Source: Methylacidiphilum fumariolicum SolV
GTDB lineage: Bacteria; Verrucomicrobiota; Verrucomicrobiia; Methylacidiphilales; Methylacidiphilaceae
Length of the DNA: 32,000 nt
Reading direction: 5' to 3' (one strand)
Assembly: GCF_000297415.1 (NCBI RefSeq)
Contig: NZ_CAHT01000078.1
The notes below the pieces were generated by a model. The model did not search any database. It had not been told where the DNA came from and saw only the letters and a program-made list of their open reading frames with translations. The position numbers and the translations under genes are program-made. Below are positions 27,806 to 32,000 of this stretch, piece by piece. Positions within the stretch are counted from its first letter, which is position 1, and every line of letters begins with the position of its first letter.

Positions 27806-29835
27806 AAAAGATCGATATTCTTTGGGTGGTCCATTTTCATCAGCCCATAGGTGTTTTTGCTGAAACCAAGAAAAAATTTACTCATAAGGCCACCCTCCCT
27901 TTCCTTCAATCGATTAGGGATCATCCGCAAGTCCGACTTTCTCTCCATTTTAGCGGTAACTATCTAGTCTATCTCCAAGAAAATGAGATAGAGGTTATAG
28001 AACTGATTCAAAAATTGATTACTGAGAAGCAGATTGAACTGCTTGGAGGAGGATTTTATGAACCCATCTTTTGTTATCTTTCCAATGAGGATAGCTTGCT
28101 GCAGCTTGAAAAATTGAATCGGTTTTTGAAAAACACCTTCGGTCAGTCTCCTAAGGGTGTGTGGCTAGCTGAATCCATATGGGAACCTTATTTTGTCGAG
28201 CTACTCTGCCGATCTGGGTATCAATATACCATTTTAGAGGACAGTCTTTTTGAAAATGCTGGTATAACACCCGCAGAAATTAAACAGCCATTTCTTACTC
28301 AATTCAACCAGCACGCCATTCATGTGTTCGCTTATCATTCATCCTTCTCAAAAGAAATTCCTTTTAAAGATATCAAAGATATCCATTCCTCATTCGTCCA
28401 AATAAGCCACAGGGAAGGCATGCAACTTCTTTGCATTGCTCAAAATGGAGAGCTCTACGGTTTTTGGCCTGATACCAGAGAGCAAATTTATCATAGAGGT
28501 CGACTGGAAAATTGGTTGCAATATCTTGAAAATAACGCCTCTTGGATTCAAACCAGACTGCCATCAGAATTTATTGATGGCTACTGGCCAATAATCACCC
28601 TGCCTTCAGGTGGAAGAAAAGAACTACAACCTTTTTGCTTACCGTATAAAGCCACATTAGATTACATTTCCGCATTCAATGACTTAAAGGTTAGATTTGA
28701 TGCTGATAGATTCCTCAAGTTTTTTCGTGGAGGCCACTGGTTAACTTTCCTCTCTAAGTATCCTGAAGCTAATCACATCCATAAAAGAATGCTTCAAGTC
28801 AGTGCCAAAATCCGATTATTGCCCAAGGAATTCCAGGAAGAAATCTTTGACTGTCTGTTGGCAAGTCAAGGACATACAGTGTATTGGCATGCCTTTAAAG
28901 ATGGTCTTTTTGGTAATTATATTCGAGATTCAGCCTTTTATCATATTCTTAAGGCTGAGAAAATGATCAAAGAAAAAGCAGAGCATCTTGTACCGCCTAT
29001 TGAGCAAAATGATTTTGATGCAGATAAGTTCCCAGAAATTTTCCTCCGCTCTTCCCACTGCTCCTTATGTATCGAACCTTTATATGGTGGCTCTATTACC
29101 GAGTTTAATTTCCTCCCCACCTCTTATAACTTAGCCAATACCTTACAACGACATCCCTGTTATTTTCCCGAACCTGTTCCTCCAGACATGTATATCGAAG
29201 ATTGGCATCAAAGGACTCTCTTTCTAGATCATTTCGTTCCTTTATCCACTTCAGCCTATGATTTTGCCAACAGTTCTTTTTTGGAATATGGGGATTTTGT
29301 CAATCAGCCCTACACCATTGTGGAGCTCGTCCAGAATGCAAAGGGACTATCCGTTGTCTTGGAAAGAAATGGAGGGCTGTATTTCATAAACAAAATGTTC
29401 CATTTTACCATTAGAAAGGAGTACCTTCTTTCTCCTCAAGGCGAACTTCAAGTCAATTACACCATTACTAATAACGATACCGTCCCTATAGAACTGCTTT
29501 ATTGTTGTGAAATCAATTATTCGATCCTTTCTGTTGATTCTCTAGACCGTTATATCCTCATTAAGGATAAAAAGCTTAACCCAGGCATGATTTTTGAAGA
29601 AGAGCAGGTGAGCGAATGGACCATTTATGACAAGACCAGAAATCTTGCTTGGCAATGGATTCTGCCTGAAGAACCCCTACAAATTTATCACTTTCCTATC
29701 TATACGGTCAGTTATGAAAGGGGATTATTCGCTAAAGACTACCAAGGATCCACTTTTGAGATCCTTAAATCTTTTCATCTGCAGCCTAAGGAAAAGATGA
29801 CATTAAAAATAATTACAAAATTTCTAAATTCCTAG
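27793..29835 (+). CDS. GH57 4-alpha-glucanotransferase-like protein (TLGT architecture), acid/base Asp replaced by Asn
   Basis: 680 aa, collinear from memory with Thermococcus litoralis 4-alpha-glucanotransferase. Motifs: [24 protein letters not shown] (nucleophile Glu127 present), [25 protein letters not shown]. The start overlaps the upstream stop by 13 nt. Confidence 0.9.
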   Translation: MVHLKKIDILWVVHFHQPIGVFAETKKKFTHKATLPFLQSIRDHPQVRLSLHFSGNYLVYLQENEIEVIELIQKLITEKQIELLGGGFYEPIFCYLSNEDSLLQLEKLNRFLKNTFGQSPKGVWLAESIWEPYFVELLCRSGYQYTILEDSLFENAGITPAEIKQPFLTQFNQHAIHVFAYHSSFSKEIPFKDIKDIHSSFVQISHREGMQLLCIAQNGELYGFWPDTREQIYHRGRLENWLQYLENNASWIQTRLPSEFIDGYWPIITLPSGGRKELQPFCLPYKATLDYISAFNDLKVRFDADRFLKFFRGGHWLTFLSKYPEANHIHKRMLQVSAKIRLLPKEFQEEIFDCLLASQGHTVYWHAFKDGLFGNYIRDSAFYHILKAEKMIKEKAEHLVPPIEQNDFDADKFPEIFLRSSHCSLCIEPLYGGSITEFNFLPTSYNLANTLQRHPCYFPEPVPPDMYIEDWHQRTLFLDHFVPLSTSAYDFANSSFLEYGDFVNQPYTIVELVQNAKGLSVVLERNGGLYFINKMFHFTIRKEYLLSPQGELQVNYTITNNDTVPIELLYCCEINYSILSVDSLDRYILIKDKKLNPGMIFEEEQVSEWTIYDKTRNLAWQWILPEEPLQIYHFPIYTVSYERGLFAKDYQGSTFEILKSFHLQPKEKMTLKIITKFLNS

Positions 29836-29836
29836 A

Positions 29837-30295
29837 TTGAATTTTTTTAAAAAGTTTCGTAGCCTTCCTGTCAAGGTGAAAAAAGTATTGCTATTACTCA
29901 TTTCTTGTTCATTGGCTTTTTTAGCTTGCTCTAATAAATCAAAAAAAATTGAATCAGAAGGAACTAAAGGCGCCAAAGCTGGGAAATTGCCTGAAAAAGC
30001 AAACGAACCCCAGCCTGGAGGCGGTTCTTCTGGAACTACAGGAGAAAGTACAGCTGGTAGTCCTTCTACCTCCAATCCTCCTGTTTCTGGAGAATATAAA
30101 CCATGGGGATCTTCTGGAGGTTCGCAGGCACAACAAACCACAAGTAAATATCCAAAAGGGATATCAGTCCCTGGAAAGCCTGGATATGTAAAAAGCCCTT
30201 ATGCTCCAGATGCGGGTTTGGTGGATGTTAGGGGATTTCCTCCAGGAACGGAAGTCCGTTGTCCTTACACAGGCAAGATTTTCGTTGTCCCCTAA
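29837..30295 (+). CDS. Small lipoprotein with a low-complexity linker and a Cys-containing C-terminal motif
   Basis: 152-aa ORF from TTG 29837. In-frame GTG 29876 gives [22 protein letters not shown], a classical lipoprotein signal. A Gly/Ser/Thr/Pro-rich linker follows, then [38 protein letters not shown] at the C-terminus. Confidence 0.6.
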   Translation: MNFFKKFRSLPVKVKKVLLLLISCSLAFLACSNKSKKIESEGTKGAKAGKLPEKANEPQPGGGSSGTTGESTAGSPSTSNPPVSGEYKPWGSSGGSQAQQTTSKYPKGISVPGKPGYVKSPYAPDAGLVDVRGFPPGTEVRCPYTGKIFVVP

Positions 30296-30352
30296 TGCTG
30301 CAAGCTATTGACCCATTCCAGATTGGAACTGGGTGTTTTTGTATGTAGCTAC

Positions 30353-30397
30353 TAGCCAGCCTATTCTTTGGTCTCTTTCCTAAGGATAGGCTGGCTA
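30353..30397 (+). terminator. 12-bp perfect stem-loop about 55 nt after the lipoprotein stop; no U-tract
   Basis: TAGCCAGCCTAT (30353-30364), 21-nt loop, ATAGGCTGGCTA (30386-30397). It is a possible transcript-end or stability hairpin, not a canonical intrinsic terminator. Confidence 0.3.
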
Positions 30398-30929
30398 CAA
30401 GCTCATTATTGATAAAAGAAAGTATTGGCTCATCTGCCTGCCAAATTCCTCCGATACACCAAGCCACATTATTGGTGGTCAAAGAAGGTCCTTGGCCAGC
30501 TCCTAAAGCATAGCACTTCGTTTGGTTAAGATCTTAAAAGTATGTTACGGGCAACTTTTGCATGGTTTCTCAAAAACGCTTTGAATCCAGCAAAAGGACA
30601 CGTTCTCGTCTAAGATATCGCTTAAACATTCCTAGTCTTGACGATAATCAAGCGACCCATGGTCTATCCTTTAGGAATCAAGATGGAGCATTACCTGGAA
30701 CTCGTTTCGATAGTGTGAAATTCTCCGACCAATCCAAAAAAATTGGCCAGAGTATCCACACCGAAAGGGCAAGGAATATCCTAAAAAAGAAAATGCTAGG
30801 GTAAGCCTTTCAAAGAAACAATGAACAGGGCTGCTGTGCATCAAAAAAAAGAGAAGATTCTGCCTTTATAAAAGTTTATTTCTTTCTTTTTTAATAAACC
30901 GCACGAGTATAACTTACCAAAGAAAGAAT

Positions 30930-32000
30930 ATGATTAATTCGCTGAAAATAACGAATTTTCGCTGTTTTAAAGATCTCGCTTTAGAGGGTCTCTCTAGAAT
31001 CAATATTATTACTGGAGATAACGCGGCCGGTAAGTCGACGATTCTTGAGGCTATTTATATTGCTTGTAAGCCTAATCCAGGAACAATCCAGTGGTTAACT
31101 CAGCATCGTGTGCCTCCATCCTATTTACAAAAAGAGGCTTTTGCCTTTTCAATGGGACGTTATTTTAATGATCCGACTTCGCCTATATCTTTTCAGGTTG
31201 ATAAGAAACAGGCGGGTTCTTCTAAAAACTGGTGCGTTAAGCTGATACTCCACCGTTTATATGATTTTAGCACTCCTTCTTATACCCCTGCTTTTCAAGA
31301 AGAAGCTTTTTCTCCTCCAAAAACTTCCAATGTGAACCTAGGGTATAACCCAGAACATGTATTACCTCGATTAGAATTTCATATCCAAGAAGATAATAAA
31401 AACCCTGAAGAAAACTGGATTGGATTTATTGGTAACAAAATGGTTCAGGATGGAGTTATTTTCAAAGCAATTGTGCCCAATACGTTCTTTTTTGGCTCCC
31501 CAGTTATTTATGATCCATCCGCTTCAGCAAAAATTTTGTCGGCCTTTATTGAAAAAAAAGAAGAGAGTATTTTCTTAGATGCTTTTAAAAAGGAATACCC
31601 TGAAGTCACAGATATTTTTCCATTGGTAACCCCAGACTTTCCGCTAGGAGCTGTTTTTTTTGAAATAAAAGATCCAAATATAAGAATTTCCTCGCCTCTC
31701 TATTCTTCTGGAACCCACAAATCACTGACTATTTTGCTCATCGCTGCCGATTCCAGATCCTCACAAGGGATCATTCTGGTTGATGAAATAGAAAATGGCA
31801 TTCACTGGAGTCGAATGAACAGTTTATGGCGACTGTTAAATGATTTTACCACAAAAAACCAAATACAGGTTTTTGCAACCACTCATAGCTACGAATGCCT
31901 GGAATATTTTGTCGATGTTATGAAGGAATCTGGAAAAGAAACTGAATTTACCATTATCCATGCAAAAAAGGATCGTAAAACAAATATGCCTTCGGCATCC
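30930..32000 (+). CDS. AAA_21/AAA_15-type ABC (SMC-fold) ATPase of the kind found in anti-phage/abortive-infection modules; 3' end outside the window
   Basis: This gene is absent from the supplied ORF track, which lists no ORF running off the window edge. My own translation from ATG 30930 is open to the end of the window (357 codons): MINSLKITNFRCFKDLALEGLSRINIITGDNAAGKSTILEAIY... Motifs: Walker A GDNAAGKST, signature-like SSGTHKSL, Walker B IILVDEIENGIH, and H-loop FATTHS. Confidence 0.85.
   Translation, partial: MINSLKITNFRCFKDLALEGLSRINIITGDNAAGKSTILEAIYIACKPNPGTIQWLTQHRVPPSYLQKEAFAFSMGRYFNDPTSPISFQVDKKQAGSSKNWCVKLILHRLYDFSTPSYTPAFQEEAFSPPKTSNVNLGYNPEHVLPRLEFHIQEDNKNPEENWIGFIGNKMVQDGVIFKAIVPNTFFFGSPVIYDPSASAKILSAFIEKKEESIFLDAFKKEYPEVTDIFPLVTPDFPLGAVFFEIKDPNIRISSPLYSSGTHKSLTILLIAADSRSSQGIILVDEIENGIHWSRMNSLWRLLNDFTTKNQIQVFATTHSYECLEYFVDVMKESGKETEFTIIHAKKDRKTNMPSAS

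Noticed and set aside
30562-30804. 80-aa ORF (plus) and the 84-aa ORF 30228..30482 (minus), considered as genes
   Set aside because: Neither has an RBS, a motif or any compositional signal. The minus-strand ORF overlaps the lipoprotein 3' end. They are kept only as part of the unexplained-gap finding.

Overview
Read by eye only; no database or tool access. Layout: (1) 1-1386 is the leader-distal end of a CRISPR array with a 37-nt repeat and 18 spacers of 35-42 nt. It continues left of the window, and no cas gene lies in the window. (2) 1387-5769 is a decayed array tail invaded by mobile DNA: an IS481-like transposase pseudogene, an IS1634-like element with 21-bp imperfect inverted repeats, a SAM methyltransferase broken by one in-frame TAG, and an ISL3-like transposase stub. 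It ends in a diverged solo CRISPR repeat (5734-5769) that keeps the 5' end, the 3' tag and, through a compensatory base-pair change, the small hairpin of the repeat. (3) 6189-29835 is an ordinary housekeeping block: methyltransferase, dapB-dapA-dapF, hisH-hisA, a TonB-dependent receptor, metallophosphoesterase, DoxX, carB, mqnC-mqnA, secDF, yajC, tgt, and a galT-like/GH57/GH57 glucan operon. (4) 29837-32000 is an accessory-looking tail: a small lipoprotein, about 630 bp with no convincing gene, and an AAA_21/ABC-type ATPase cut by the window edge. Most worth a second look: the solo repeat as a possible crRNA-like regulatory RNA; the IS island splitting the array tail; spacer 10, which is the 3' half of a tRNA; the TonB receptor whose signal peptide is out of frame behind A9/A10 tracts; the second GH57, whose general acid/base Asp is Asn; and the truncated defence-type ATPase. 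I found no complete novel multi-gene system inside the window. Gene content would fit a PVC/Verrucomicrobia-type genome, but that is a guess.
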